From: Microbotryum violaceum
Taxonomy: Eukaryota
Reading direction: 5' to 3'
DNA: 64,000 nucleotides
Assembly: GCA_001244265.2 (NCBI GenBank)
Contig: CDLV01000010.1
Location: 1,054,001-1,118,000 of the forward strand
In this document: positions 25,816 to 37,571 of the stretch, in pieces
Position numbering within the stretch: the stretch's first letter is position 1
Layout of the letters: each line of letters begins with the position of its first letter
Notes under the pieces: generated by a model
Seen by the model: only the letters and a program-made list of their open reading frames with translations
Database searches by the model: none
Told to the model about the DNA's origin: nothing
Translations under genes and position numbers: made by a program

Positions 25816-26639
25816 TCTGTTACTCTGCTCTGGGCCTATGTGGCCAAAGCAAGGTGGGAGCGCTTCCTACGCCACCGGCTGCACCGATCACACACAACAC
25901 GGCGGCCTCGACCCGAACGGTGTGGGTGCGAAGCAAGTCGGGAACACTCAAGCGAGGATGGGAGGCGCGTGGCGTGCTCGGGTTGGCGTGACGAGCTGGG
26001 AGGCTGAATGAGTGGTAGGTAGGTGGGAGAATGAGTTGAATGCGCGGGGCGACAACTCGGCGCACGACAAGCACCAGCACAAGAGCAAGATAGAGATTAG
26101 ATAGAGCAAGATCGAGCCTAACTGTGCGGGCCGTGATCGAGCGAGCACCTATGCGGGTCATAATAAGCCTAACAAATATACTACCCCGCGCGCGGCGAGT
26201 TTAGGGAGCTTTTTGAAGATTTGGCCCAGGAAAACGTTGGTGCGGGCTAGGTGCACCATTGCCCTGCCAACCCCCAGCCCCCGGAGGCAAAAGTGGTCAC
26301 TAATCCGGGCACTTGCTACTTATCCCCGCTAATGGTCCATCTGCCTCAGCACCACGAGTTCCCCCACTTCCCTCCAACCAAGGCCTTGCAGGCTCGCACC
26401 CATTGCTTCAAGCATGGACATCCTACCACACACACCACCACCTCTACAACCTCGCTCAGCATCGCCAGTCGGAACAGAGAAGGGAAAACGCCTGACAAGA
26501 CCAAGCGCAAGAAGAGCACGACCGTGAGGAGGAGGAAGAAGGTGACCAGCAGCAACAAGGACACGTGCGAGAATGGGGCCACGACGTCGGTCGGAACGGA
26601 GGAGGAGGCGAAGACGAAGAATAAGAAGAGGAGGAGATT

Positions 26640-29600
26640 ATGGACCAGGCGAGTACGGAAAAGGGGGCCATCGTTGTCCCGGATAGCGAGCTGTTCGACA
26701 AGACGTTCGGCTTCAACTTCGGCATTTTCCGCTCTGCAACGAAGAGGCGTCCGAAACGTCAGCCGGGCCCTCCCCTATCACCATCAGTCCAGAGGTCAAC
26801 ACGTCGTCGGAAGAAGCATTCGGAGAAATCCATTGCCGGCCTCCACAAATCATCGTCCGAGCTTTGGACTGACATTGCCGATGGCGCAACGGCGTGGCCT
26901 CTAGACACCGAGACCGGCGGCTTCGAGCACAATTTCAAGCCTAACAGCGCGCCCGACTTTGAGCCCGACTACGACTTCGGTCGCGATTTCGGCGGTGGAT
27001 ACTCATCTGGACCGGAGCATTCGCCATTCCACCCAGACGGTGCTTCTCAAGACCAAGCGCCCTCTTCACTTAAGCCATCGCAGATCGAGAGGAACGCCAA
27101 GAAGCAGCGCAATCGTCGCCGGAATGCGAGGGCCAAAGCCAAGACTAGGGCGTCAAAACGAGCTGAACTTCTCCAGGTGTACCTATTGATGAAGAAAAAG
27201 GCCAAAGGAGTGCATCGACAGAGCGGGTTTGTCCCTTCCCCGGACGACGAGGAGTGGTGCGACGCATGTCATGAACGCCGAGTCACCAGAAAGGTCCGGG
27301 TTGTCGACCTGTCCTTTGCAGGTAAGTGCTTGTGTTGCACATATTTTGTCAATCACCCCTACGCTATCGTCTTGGACTGATTTGGTATTCCCCAACCATG
27401 CGCAGGCATGCGAGAGCTACGATACTGCCCATGCTATTCCGAGATCCAAACCCTGGCAGCTCACGGTCTTCTCCCGACGTCGTCATCTTCAATCCGAAAA
27501 AGAGAAGGCATCAACGCATTCACCTTTCGCACGATCGAATATCTCGACACCTACTGGGGGTAGATCCTTTTGGTATGTATGGCATGTCCGAAGCGCTCAT
27601 TCTCTTTTGGTCCTCTGAATCATCCTCGGAGGATCCTTTTAACAAGGTGGGCTCTTGGACAGGGTCAGGCCGGAAACGTTCACTGTTTCTTACAGAAAAT
27701 ATTGGAAGCTTCCCAGGGTCCAACCGTGCGTCAGCATCTTCAAGCCGCAATGAATGAATATCGATTTATGCAACAGCTGCAGGCTACCTTGACCGCCGAA
27801 ATTCTCGGCCTCTCCCGCGCATGCGTCTGGCCGACGTTTGTCCGGCATGTTTTGGGCCTCGGATCGATGAAGCCGGCAAGAGCGAGAATGACCTCGATGT
27901 CATCATTGCTGTCGACGGCAATTTTCAGCATCGACGATTCGGGCGGGCAACTTCTGATCCTCTCAAGTCACGTCCAGCGTTATTCCTGCCACCAGACAAG
28001 ATTCGAAACGAGCAAGCTTTGATCGACGGATCGACTGAAGCGGGCGAGAAGGTACCTTGGTGCTGCTGATGTCGGGTCACCCGAACCCAATAATGCGTTG
28101 ACCCGACTGTCTGTGATTGCTAAACGGGCTATTCTATCATACAGGACGAATGCACAGCCAACTGGAAGGCCGCAGATGGTGGTGTGACCTCCGCTTCGCC
28201 AAATGTAGTGGCCGACACAGGCCTCGTTGCTGCAGTGTGCCGTCATGATCATTGCCTGCGACTTTGCAACCTTCATCAATCAGGTGAAAAGTATGTGTGG
28301 ACCGGCCATCTGTGACTCCAGGCAAGGACACTACTAAGCGAATTTGGTCTGCCGCAGGTTAGTATATCCCGTGTCGCTGTTGAAATGGATTCTCGAAGAA
28401 GTTGAAGTCGGAGAAACGGATTGTACTACGGGGCTTGCGCGTACCAGTGACGCTACAAACGTCGGATCCAGCTCGGGATCGGGCTCCTACCAAAGTTCGA
28501 GTCAGGATCGAAGTCGCGTTGGAGTCGCGTATGATATTGCCTGCAACTTATCATCGCACTTTACGCCGTGTGAGTTTGTTCGTGACACTCAGCCTGACGT
28601 TGGCTTAGTTCGTAGCTGAGCAACTCATCTCTCCCCGGTATGCGCAGCGCAATCTTCTGGCAGATCACTTACCGCGTCTAGAATTTGCTCTCTCGTCGAT
28701 GCATGCCTATGCACACAAGTGGTCCTGCCAGATTGACTTTGATCCGCGCTTTCTACCCAATTTTGGTTTGACTGATGGCGAGGGAACCGAGCGCTTGTGG
28801 TCGCAGCTTCGAGGCATGATACCCATGAATCGATCATCGAGTTCCTCCCATCGGCTGGAGAACATCAATTGTCGAGCATCTGCTTATAACAAGCAGCATC
28901 TGGCCGAACTTGGCTCGCTTAAGCGTCCAGTCTTTCATGCACTACCTTACCATGTCGCTGATCTTTGGCGTATCGATCATGCCCAGTGACCAAACATAAT
29001 TATCGACTCAAAAACGCAATCAAGCTCAAGGCCGAAGCCGACAGAGTCATTGCTGAGGTCGTTAATCGCTCCGAATGGACGGTCGCTACCCTCCTTGAAC
29101 AATGGCACGCGCAACGTGCAGCGTCCAAGCAGATCCCTCTGAAAGAGCAGCGCAGAGAGGTACCCGAGATGCGCAACGTCATGTTCAAGCTTGAGCTGGT
29201 TAACAGAGACATCGCAGCATGCCGGTGGGTCTGAGCTATCGTCATCGTTTGGGAGTGAGACACGAACCGGTAACCTAGCTTCGGTATTCATTTTTCGATT
29301 GACACAGGGAAGACCTAGCCTGCGTGAACACCATAGATACGAACAAGCTTATAGAACAGTCGACTAAACTTCAACAGCTGGCCAAACAACGGCAGGTTCT
29401 TGATGATCGACTGAACTCCTTACGCACGTCGGACATAAACATCAGTGTCCTGGACCCTGGTACGTCACTCCCTTCTTCGATTCTGACCCTCTGGTGTGAT
29501 CCCCGTTGTCCTCGCTTAATATTTCAATACCTTTGATTGGCACGGACTATGAATTTGCCTGCACCTTGATTATCGCATCTCGCTCGCTGTGGGACTTGGT

Positions 29601-30576
29601 CGTACAATATCGACAGGGAGCTGAGAGGCTGCGGCTCCCGCGCCTAGGCGGTAAAGCCCTCGGTAGGAAATCCATGGTACAAGTCTTCTGCGCCGGCAGA
29701 AGGAACGCTGATGTGTAGCAATGCCTGCTCATAGGTACGAAAGCGGCTGGTCTCCTGGTCAAGAATCTTAATTCTTTGCGTCCAAGACTCATGAAGGCAG
29801 TGGCGATGTATAACGACGAGGTGAAAAAGTATGCTGCCATCCTCGCCAATTCTCAGGACTCCCATTCGATCTTGAGAACCCGAAGGGTACCGCCATCAGC
29901 CCCAGAGGATCTCAACGAACTGCTCAAACTCGACATCTTGGCGCCGCTCTGGAACAACGGATTATATAGTCATCCCACTGAGCCGTGGGCCTACGATGAT
30001 GATGTTCGTGTCGGCATTCCAGCAGTATTGTCTCGCGCAAGATGCCAGCAAGAAATCAAGCGACTTGGATGGGAAGTGCGTCGCATTGGACGGTGGCTGA
30101 TAAGCCGTCGCAAGAGGTGTCAGCAAGTTCGCCAGCAATTACTCCAACGAGATGAGCAGGATTACTCTGCGATGATGATGCTCGAGCAAGAAGAAGAGCG
30201 TCTTAGAAATATTGCGCGCCAATGGTTTTCGAAGGGCGGCCTAGATCACCTGTGGGAATGCACCCGGCAAACCAGCGAACTGCAAATGGAGGAGTGGGTC
30301 GAGCTTCGAATGTGGTGCACCGACGACGCTGATGTTCTTCAACGAACCACAACGGGTGGCTTGCCGGATCACACATGGCCAGACTGCATCAATGATGGGA
30401 TGGTCGGAGAGTCGGACGACATCACCACGGATCATGACACCCTTCTTGACATCAGTGATCATTCGAGCGATGATCTGAGTCATCATTCCGTCGACACTAT
30501 CGATTACGGCGCCTTCAGTGACGAGATCATCGAGAATTTTGACGAAGACGATGGCGATATTTTTTGGGGGATTTGA
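26640..30576 (+). pseudogene. KDZ transposase with CxC1-like cysteine cluster; multi-exon, two frameshifts
   Basis: CDAC..VRVVDL..YCPC..LAAHGLLPTS..AFTF (CxC1-like), LADVCPACFG..IIAVDGNFQHRR, CTANWKAA..DTGLVAAVCRHDH..GEK.VYP, VGVAYDIAC, MHAYAHKWSCQIDFDPRFLPNFGLTDGEGTERLWSQL, HPTEPWAYDDDVRVGI..RCQQEIKRLGWE. Frameshifts at ~27556-27560 and ~27820. Confidence 0.92.
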
Positions 30577-31010
30577 TATTGATCATATATAGTTGCAGTC
30601 TTTCGCCCAGTTGCTACTTGCAATAGTAAAGAGATCAATGATGCGTTCATTTCGATAATAGTTCTACACGTTATACGACGCTTTGCCAAGAAGCGCAACA
30701 AGAGCGATCAGACATCCAAGACCCAGCATCGCTAAATCGCTCGATCTTGCGGTGGCTCGCCTAATGTCGCTCGAGTAAAGCTGGCAGCCGGAGCCCAACA
30801 CGACCGGTAAGATTTAGAGGAAGAGCGCGCTACACTGAGGGAGTGAACACAAGCGTCCATTGCGTCTTTGCTGCGCTGACTGCGCTGAGATCTCCAACAT
30901 GTAGACCGCGCTCCCTGCCAGTCAGTCACATGCGCAGTCCGTGTCGTGCGTTGGGTTACACTTCCCAAGCAGGGATTGCAAAAGTACTTATTATATTCCA
31001 ACACTGCCGA

Positions 31011-31875
31011 CTACATTTTGATGTATACTTGAACGAACTCCTGATCCGGCTCACAGTCCCAACGTCGTACACAGGTCTTCTGTTGTGTTGCCACGGCCAC
31101 TCCGAGCCTCACACTCGACCAGGTCCGTTGAGTGTTTGCCTCGGCACTTGGTTGATGACTTTTCAGACGCGAGGAACAGAAGTTGATCACCCCTAACATA
31201 ACAATCTTTTTCGGTATGATAATATGAGCTATCCCTTTGGGCCCTAAATCAGGGGGCTGGAGAAGCGTCCCATCTGGTAAGGTGAGGGATTTGCGTTGGG
31301 AGGTGAGGACCGATAATAGGGAGAGAGGGTTACGAATCCCTTGAGTGGCTATTGGTGGCACGTTAATGAACTCTTTGCTAAGTCGCTAAGAGCCAGCGTA
31401 CTGCTTTGTCACAATTCCTTCCTGCGCAGTTCACACACTCACTGTAATCTCGACGCGAAGTACGTCGTCACGGGTGCTTGCGTTTCAACAGTCGAACTGC
31501 AGCAAGTCATAGTCACCCATGCCCAAAGTAATGCGCTGTGTATGACTGAACGAAGCCACGAGCGAGTCAGACTCACCTTGATACACCCCTTTCTCTGTCG
31601 TTGCTCTACGTTTTCTCATCGCATTAGGCGGCTCGAGAGTTCTGCACGCTGTTGTGGCCTGGGCCTCCTTCTAATATCGACCGACCGACTGCCCCGCCGT
31701 GGTTTTCGGCAATGGCAGGTCATATAGTCTTTTGTGACACCAATCAAAGTTCAAACCCAAGGTGGACAACACGTCATGTTGGAGTCAGACTGAAAGTACC
31801 CAAACTGGGAGGGTGTTTTCAAAGTTCTTTTCGACGGGACATACCGTCTTGTCATCATTGTGATGGTCATCTTCT
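31011..31875 (-). pseudogene. Decayed spliced gene inside the KDZ element, product unknown
   Basis: Phase-compatible GT-AG introns join the exons into EDDHHNDDKTVCPVEKNFENTLPVWVLSV*LQHDVLSTLGLNFDWCHKRLYDLPLPKTTAGQS-SNDRERGVSS-STVETQAPVTTYFASRLH-KEFINVPPIATQGIRNPLSLL..., with one internal TGA. The 5' end is disrupted by a tandem repeat. Confidence 0.45.
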
Positions 31876-31876
31876 T

Positions 31877-31957
31877 GGTCTTCAGTTGGGGTCTTCAGCT
31901 GGGTCTTCAGTTGGGGTCTTCAGCTGGGTCTTCAGTTGGGGTCTTCAGCTGGGTCTT
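31877..31957. repeat. 25-bp period tandem repeat (GGTCTTCAGTTGG/GGTCTTCAGCTG alternating) x3
   Basis: Alternating 13- and 12-bp subunits seen directly. Confidence 0.9.
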
Positions 31958-32916
31958 ATAGTTACGACGATGGGTGAATTCAGGATGGGACATGGAAGGA
32001 GAGGTCGAGCTGTCGTCTGACCCCTGTATTGCAGTCCCACCGAATGACCTCACAGTCATCCACCGTCCGATTTTGCGGCGCGCAGGCAGTTAAGGGTTAT
32101 GCAGTGGCAACCGGTCCGACCTGAAGGTGAAGTCAGATTGTATCTAAGGGAAGAAGACAATGGTAGGCCAAAAGGTCAAACAGACTTATGCAACGAGACA
32201 CGGTCAATGGTACGGCGCCTTCGGACGAAGCATGGATACAAGGATATGAGGAATGATTAGGAGGGATCGGTTCCAAAGTGTGTTTGAAACGAGAGGCGCA
32301 AGAAACGGCGATGAGGTTGAAGTTGGAAAAGGTGTATGGCCATTTGGTTGTACATCACAACTTCAGAAGAAGAAGAAGGAGAAAGAGGAGATGCGTCGGC
32401 CCGAGAGCCATTCTAATTTCGTTGACCCAAAGGTAAATAGATGCGCAGAGATGTCGCCTTGCCTGGATGCGAGCGCCACACCGTTGTGCTGCGACCCATG
32501 CGGTGCGCCCCGATTCCCTGTAGGACAAAGGGGCGGAACGATTGGATGTGAAGGAAGACTCCAGCGTAATCTCTGGAAGGGGGGCCGTAAATGAACGGGA
32601 TGCCGGCGCCCGGAGCACACAGGGGCCCCGGGCGCTGGGAGGGGGGTCGAGTATGCCCAGTGATCTTGGCTGAGCCTGACAGAATGAGCATTTTGATCAT
32701 ATCCTGTTAAGATTAATTGCCACAATCAAGATGGCAGCTGAGACGCTGTATGCGTGCATGACAATCATCTGAAACTAAACTCAAGGATCTACACTGAAAG
32801 ACGCGTCACAAACCACAGAGACATAACAAATATCGGTCATCTTGCAGCCGATTCAGAGCATAATATGCCCAAAGAAAGACACAAGAACGGTCTCAATCCA
32901 TCAACGATGTTTTGCT

Positions 32917-34631
32917 TCATTCATCCTCCGGTCTCCTCCGCCACCCCCTCGGTATTTCTTTCTCTATCTTCTTCTCCGCTTTTTTCTCCGCCGCGTACCT
33001 CTCCGCCTTCGTCCCGGCTCCACCAAATCTTGGGCTCAGGGGTCCTTCTCCGCCATTCGAGTCATCGTCGCTTGCCTCTGCCTCCGTGTCGTCGTTCGGG
33101 TCCACCGAGGGTACGATAGCGAGGTGGCCGTGACGGAGGTCGTCAATGATAGCCTTGAGCTGAGCAGCGGTTTGCTTGGGCGATGTCTCTGCACTATGAT
33201 GCAGAGCCATTTCGTATCTACTTTTCGTTCCGGGCTTGATCCGCAATTTGACACCCAGTGCCTTCAAGCCCTGGGTAGACCATATCATCTTCTTCTGAGG
33301 TGTGAAAGCGCCTGTCGATGATCCCGTGTCGGAACGGCGATGTATAGTCTCGAGAGCAGAGTCTGTAAAGACGGAAATGATTAGCACGGAGTCGAGCCCG
33401 ATCAGATGCAGACTACTTACTGAGTTGGGCGCGGAACAGAGTGCCGTGCCATTTGCCAAGAACGCCACGAGTAGCACTGTCCATCGAGCGAATTTTTGCT
33501 GATAGATGAGACGAAAACATATGTCAAATAATTGGTAACGGTAACTTGGTCTCATGCGCGTATAACTTGCGATGAAATGCTCACCCTCTTTCAGATCTGC
33601 CGCTTCATTGGCCTTGAGTGTCTCATCCCAGCTCATCTTGGAAGCAAAATTAGACAACAAGGAATTGCCGGATGGATCCTTGAAGTCGTTGCAGTGAGCC
33701 GCAAATCTGAGCCCACCTATCGAATGCACGGTCGCCTTCGTCGCTGGCGACACGTCGTCTTGATAACGAGGGACAATAAAGGCCAGGGTTTCCACTCCGT
33801 ACAGCTTGGACATGCGTTGCGCCAGGTCTTGCAATTCTGCAATGTACTTTTTGCATTGCTCCATCCGAGTTGGGGAAGGAATGTCGGATGGCGACCGTGT
33901 GATGATGGTGGGTGGTACGATCGAAGTGAAAGTCGTATTATTTCCCGCCTCTGCCACTGCAAAAGCCGCGCGAACAACCTCTTCACCGTCCTCGCCAAGT
34001 TGGGCAGATCCGAGGCCCCCTGGTCTCTCAGGAAGTTCCAGAGTTGAGCGGCAAGTTTGGTGATGGATTGCGCTTTCGACTGATCCAATTCTGAGCACGT
34101 TTGACACACCCAAGGTATGTAAGAACAGACATTGCGGACGCAGCGGTAGGCATAAGCGAGAGCGTAGGAGAGTGGAGTGGGCATGACCGGAAGCGCCCGG
34201 AGGACCGACTCACCCTTGCTTGCTCGCTGGTGTAAAACCTTGATTACAGGGTCCGAGAGAAATCTAGACCACGCATTGCCCTTCGAAGCGAGCTTGTTGA
34301 ATTTTTTGACGGCCTGAACGAGCCTTGCATGGGATATGCCGAGTTTCGCGGCCATCTTGAGCTCCGAGTAATATCTTCGAGCGGCCCAGCGCTCCAGCGA
34401 GGTCCACTTTCTTTGACTCATACGACCGGTCGCGTTCCGATGCGAGCCATGTATGGCCGTCCAGAGCCTGATAGCTCTTCGATGGTCGATCGCGACATCT
34501 TCAAACTCGCTCTCACTGTGACTGTGACTGTCACTTTCACTGTCACTGTCGTCAGCCGAGGATTGACTGGAATCGCCCAAATTGGGCTCGTCAGAGTCGG
34601 AGTCGGACGAAGGGGTTTGGGGCACGGGCAT
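32917..34631 (-). pseudogene. KDZ-associated protein with divergent HMG-box-like segment; 3 introns, one frameshift
   Basis: Acidic N-terminus, then KGNAWSRFLSD..ELDQSKAQSITKLAAQLWNFL (HMG-like NAW..F and K.A...W spacing) across intron 34091-34213. Frameshift at the C-run 34016-34020, then LQDLAQRMSKLYGVETLAFIV and KMIWSTQGLKALGVKLRIKP. Confidence 0.6.
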
Positions 34632-35609
34632 GCGCCGCTTTCTCTTCCGAGTCGGGCGTCGAGACGGTTCATCCAGAATTGTACTGGCTTGTGAGGAGGC
34701 TCGACGGCTTTGATCGTCCCTCCGACCTGCAAGAGGTGTGAGAGAACAGAGAATTCTTCAGCTGTCCGTCAGGATTGAGTAGATAGAAGGATGAGGTTGA
34801 TGACTGGCACTCTGCTCTCAGCCCTGCTACAAGGGATCTCAGTTGGCACACCAGACAAGAGCATTCACTCGGATGAGCGCCAAAGGAAATAGACTCTGCT
34901 GGAGAACCTTCCCTAGATCCCACGCATATGTCTGACGGTCGCGTCATGGTGGAGCAACACAATTAGGCCCATGAGGAGGGAGATGTGAGGCGGGGAAACG
35001 CGTCCACATACCTCCAGACGGCAATAGCATCGATGTTTGTTCAACAGGCGCGGGGAGATTTCAATGTATTGAGACGCGGGGCGTGGCGTGGGTCAAGGGT
35101 GCGCGTTGTCGCGTTGACGTGAGTGCGCAGAGGTCAAAGTGTTAACGCAGAGCGCTCGCCAATCTGAGCTCCGCGTGCGGCCCGCACAGCCCCGCCTCAA
35201 TTTTGCCTCTTCAATTACTCTCTAGGAATTGATGCAGGACTGATTGGCGCTGGATCCATGTCGACCGTCCGAAGGGGATTCACTAGATATCCATTCTCTA
35301 TACACAGTGCACACCATTCAGAATAAGCGTTTGTCTGCCGGGGACCGATCCAGGATTCCGGGGACCGGGACCGATCTCTCCCTCGGGCCCAATAGACGCG
35401 GTGTGTACTCCCTCCGTCGTATCCAAATTAACGAATATGAGAAAAGGTCTACACAGGATCTGTTGTACACATATCAGTTGATGGTATACGGAACTACACG
35501 AACTGAATGGATGGACTGAGTACGACAAGCTGTATGACATTTATGACATAATTCGAACTTACGAGTCTTCGGAAAGTGTTATTCGTGATGATGGTGAGTC
35601 TTACACGAA

Positions 35610-35780
35610 CTAGTGGCCCCTTATTACTTATGACCATTTGAGGTGCACTGCGCCGGGGTGGGATGGGGAGGGGAGGGCATTGGTGCACCCGACCTGTACC
35701 AACCTCCAACCGGGCCAAAAAACAGAAAAGCTGCCTTAACTCGCCCGCGCGGGGGAGCTCATTTGGCTGGGTTAACGGAC
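35610..35780 (-). repeat. Diverged inverted copy of the KDZ element's left subterminal region (26160-26320)
   Basis: The reverse complement reads ccccgcgcg-ggcgagttaaggcagctttt..ttggccc..gttggt..gtgcaccaatgccct. The left end reads ccccgcgcgcggcgagtttagggagctttt..ttggccc..gttggt..gtgcaccattgccct, colinear over >100 bp. Confidence 0.8.
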
Positions 35781-35935
35781 CTGCCGATCTGCGAGCGAGC
35801 GCGTGTCCAAAAAATCGATCGTCCTCATTTCGAAAATAGCCTGAGCGTGCCACGACCGTAAGATCGCTGCCGCGTCGTGGCACTCGTTTCTCTTCATCGC
35901 CTACCGAGGCACCGTCCGACAGCACCTGCTCAACC

Positions 35936-36790
35936 ATGATCCGTTTCTCGCCTCATCTCCTAGCCCCTGTCAAAGAGCGTACCACTCGACTACGATTATC
36001 GAGCTCCTCCCCACTTCTCCCTCTCGACTATGTTGGTCGACATCTGCAGCTCATCCTTCCTCTTCCCAAGTCCCAGCTCACTGACCACCCATCTGATCCC
36101 ACTCACAGTTCGTTAACCATGCCAAGTCACTCTCGCTGTACAGATCCTTTATCCGTGCGACCCGCAATCTCGGCACCCTCGAAGCGAGGTGGCACACCAT
36201 AAAGTGGATCCGCACCGATTTCGAGCGCTACAAGGGGCTCGTCGATTCGGTCAGTCCCCGGTCGAGTATAACTCACTTGTGGGAACCCATACTGAATCTG
36301 CTCGCTCACGATTCTCAGCAACAAGCGAAAACGTTGCTTTCGTTGGGAGCCAGGCAATTGAAGCAGCTCAATTCGACGGCCAGTCTCATCGGGACCGACG
36401 GATCAAAGTTTAGGGGCACCAAGAGCGCGTGAGCTCACCGTGGGATTCAGTTGTCGAACAACGGGATACCTTGATATCGCACCTGGAAATTTTGCACCCT
36501 CCCCACCACCTCGAGCACGCCACATTCGTTCGAGCACGGAAAACTCTGCGCGAGCGATCACCACTGTTGAGCGATCAGCTTCGCTTCAATAAAATCCTTG
36601 GTTCAGACGTTTTGCCCTCGTCCCTTGACCTCGCTGCTTCAAACGTGCAAAAAGTATGACTAATTGCAATCACTCTGACCGGCAATGTGGGGCAATCAAC
36701 GAACTCCTCAAGCGACGCGACGGTCTGGCGATCAGATACGATCGATCCCTCTACCCTCAGCAACGAGCACTGCTCAACAACTCGACGATC
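35936..36790 (+). pseudogene. Fragmented ORF remnant, possibly an F-box-like gene
   Basis: ATG 35936, then SPLLPLD/LVDIC across a frameshift (F-box-like LP.LP.D...I), then Leu-rich pieces in shifting frames with stops. Confidence 0.25.
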
Positions 36791-37571
36791 GAGACAATAA
36801 CTTGTCGCAATGAAATCATATACATTAAACGAACAACTAAAAAGCCACGTTGTAACTCTCTCACATCGTCACACACTTGCCTTCAGCTTGGGCCGTCCCC
36901 AAGTTTAAGGGTTTGTGACCCTCAGCTCTTTTTCGGGATGAAGGCCGGTCCACAGAAACGAATGTACATCCCTCGCGTATGTCCCTCGACAGCTGTAACC
37001 GCTCCTTCTTCTTCGTCAACCGAGGAGCGCCAGCAGATATGGAAGGACATATATAGAAGGACGATCATACGAGTTCCTAGGACGTCACCCACGACAGCGC
37101 CGATCGACGCTTCGTCATTTGTTCCTGAGGCGGCTGATTCGTTCCCGGTCTTTCCGCTCGGGATGATACGTCCGTCACTCGAAGGAGTCGAACCACCTTT
37201 TGACGTATCAGAAACTGTAATCCATTTCCTCCCGTCGCCAACGCCGACCCAGACCACGACCCACCCGTCCCGATCCCTCCAATTCTTCACAATCGTCGGC
37301 GTTCTTAGGTCGTGTCCGCAATGTAATGCACGAGTTCTTCCAATCCGTTACGCAAAAAATCGTTGCTATGCCAAGCAGGACCAGTTCTCGCGCACAGGAA
37401 AGGAAATTCGACAATGCAAATGATGGCTTTACTTGTGAAAATTACAGAACAATCAATGGCGGCGTACCTGGCCCCGACCACAGCGGCCGGGGGCTAGAAA
37501 GGCCTTCCTCATCCAATTCAGCGCTCGTTACAGGTTCGTACTTCTCTAATTGATGATCTTTTCGAAATCTT

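Larger units (their letters stand above)
26122..35189. mobile_element. Kyakuja-Dileera-Zisupton (KDZ) DNA transposon, ~9.07 kb
   Basis: Perfect 12-bp inverted repeat CTGTGCGGGCCG (26122-26133) / CGGCCCGCACAG (35178-35189) encloses a KDZ transposase and a convergent HMG-like gene. No target-site duplication is evident, so the right boundary is tentative. Confidence 0.7.

Noticed and set aside
31877-31957. CRISPR-like repeat array
   Set aside because: Contiguous tandem units with no unique spacers, in eukaryotic DNA.
30600-32900. TET/JBP dioxygenase expected beside the KDZ transposase
   Set aside because: No HxD/H/R double-stranded-beta-helix pattern was found in the frames I could read, so it was not called.
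26110-35200. Target-site duplication around the 12-bp TIR
   Set aside because: The flanks (gagcctaa versus ccccgcct) do not match at any short offset I tried.
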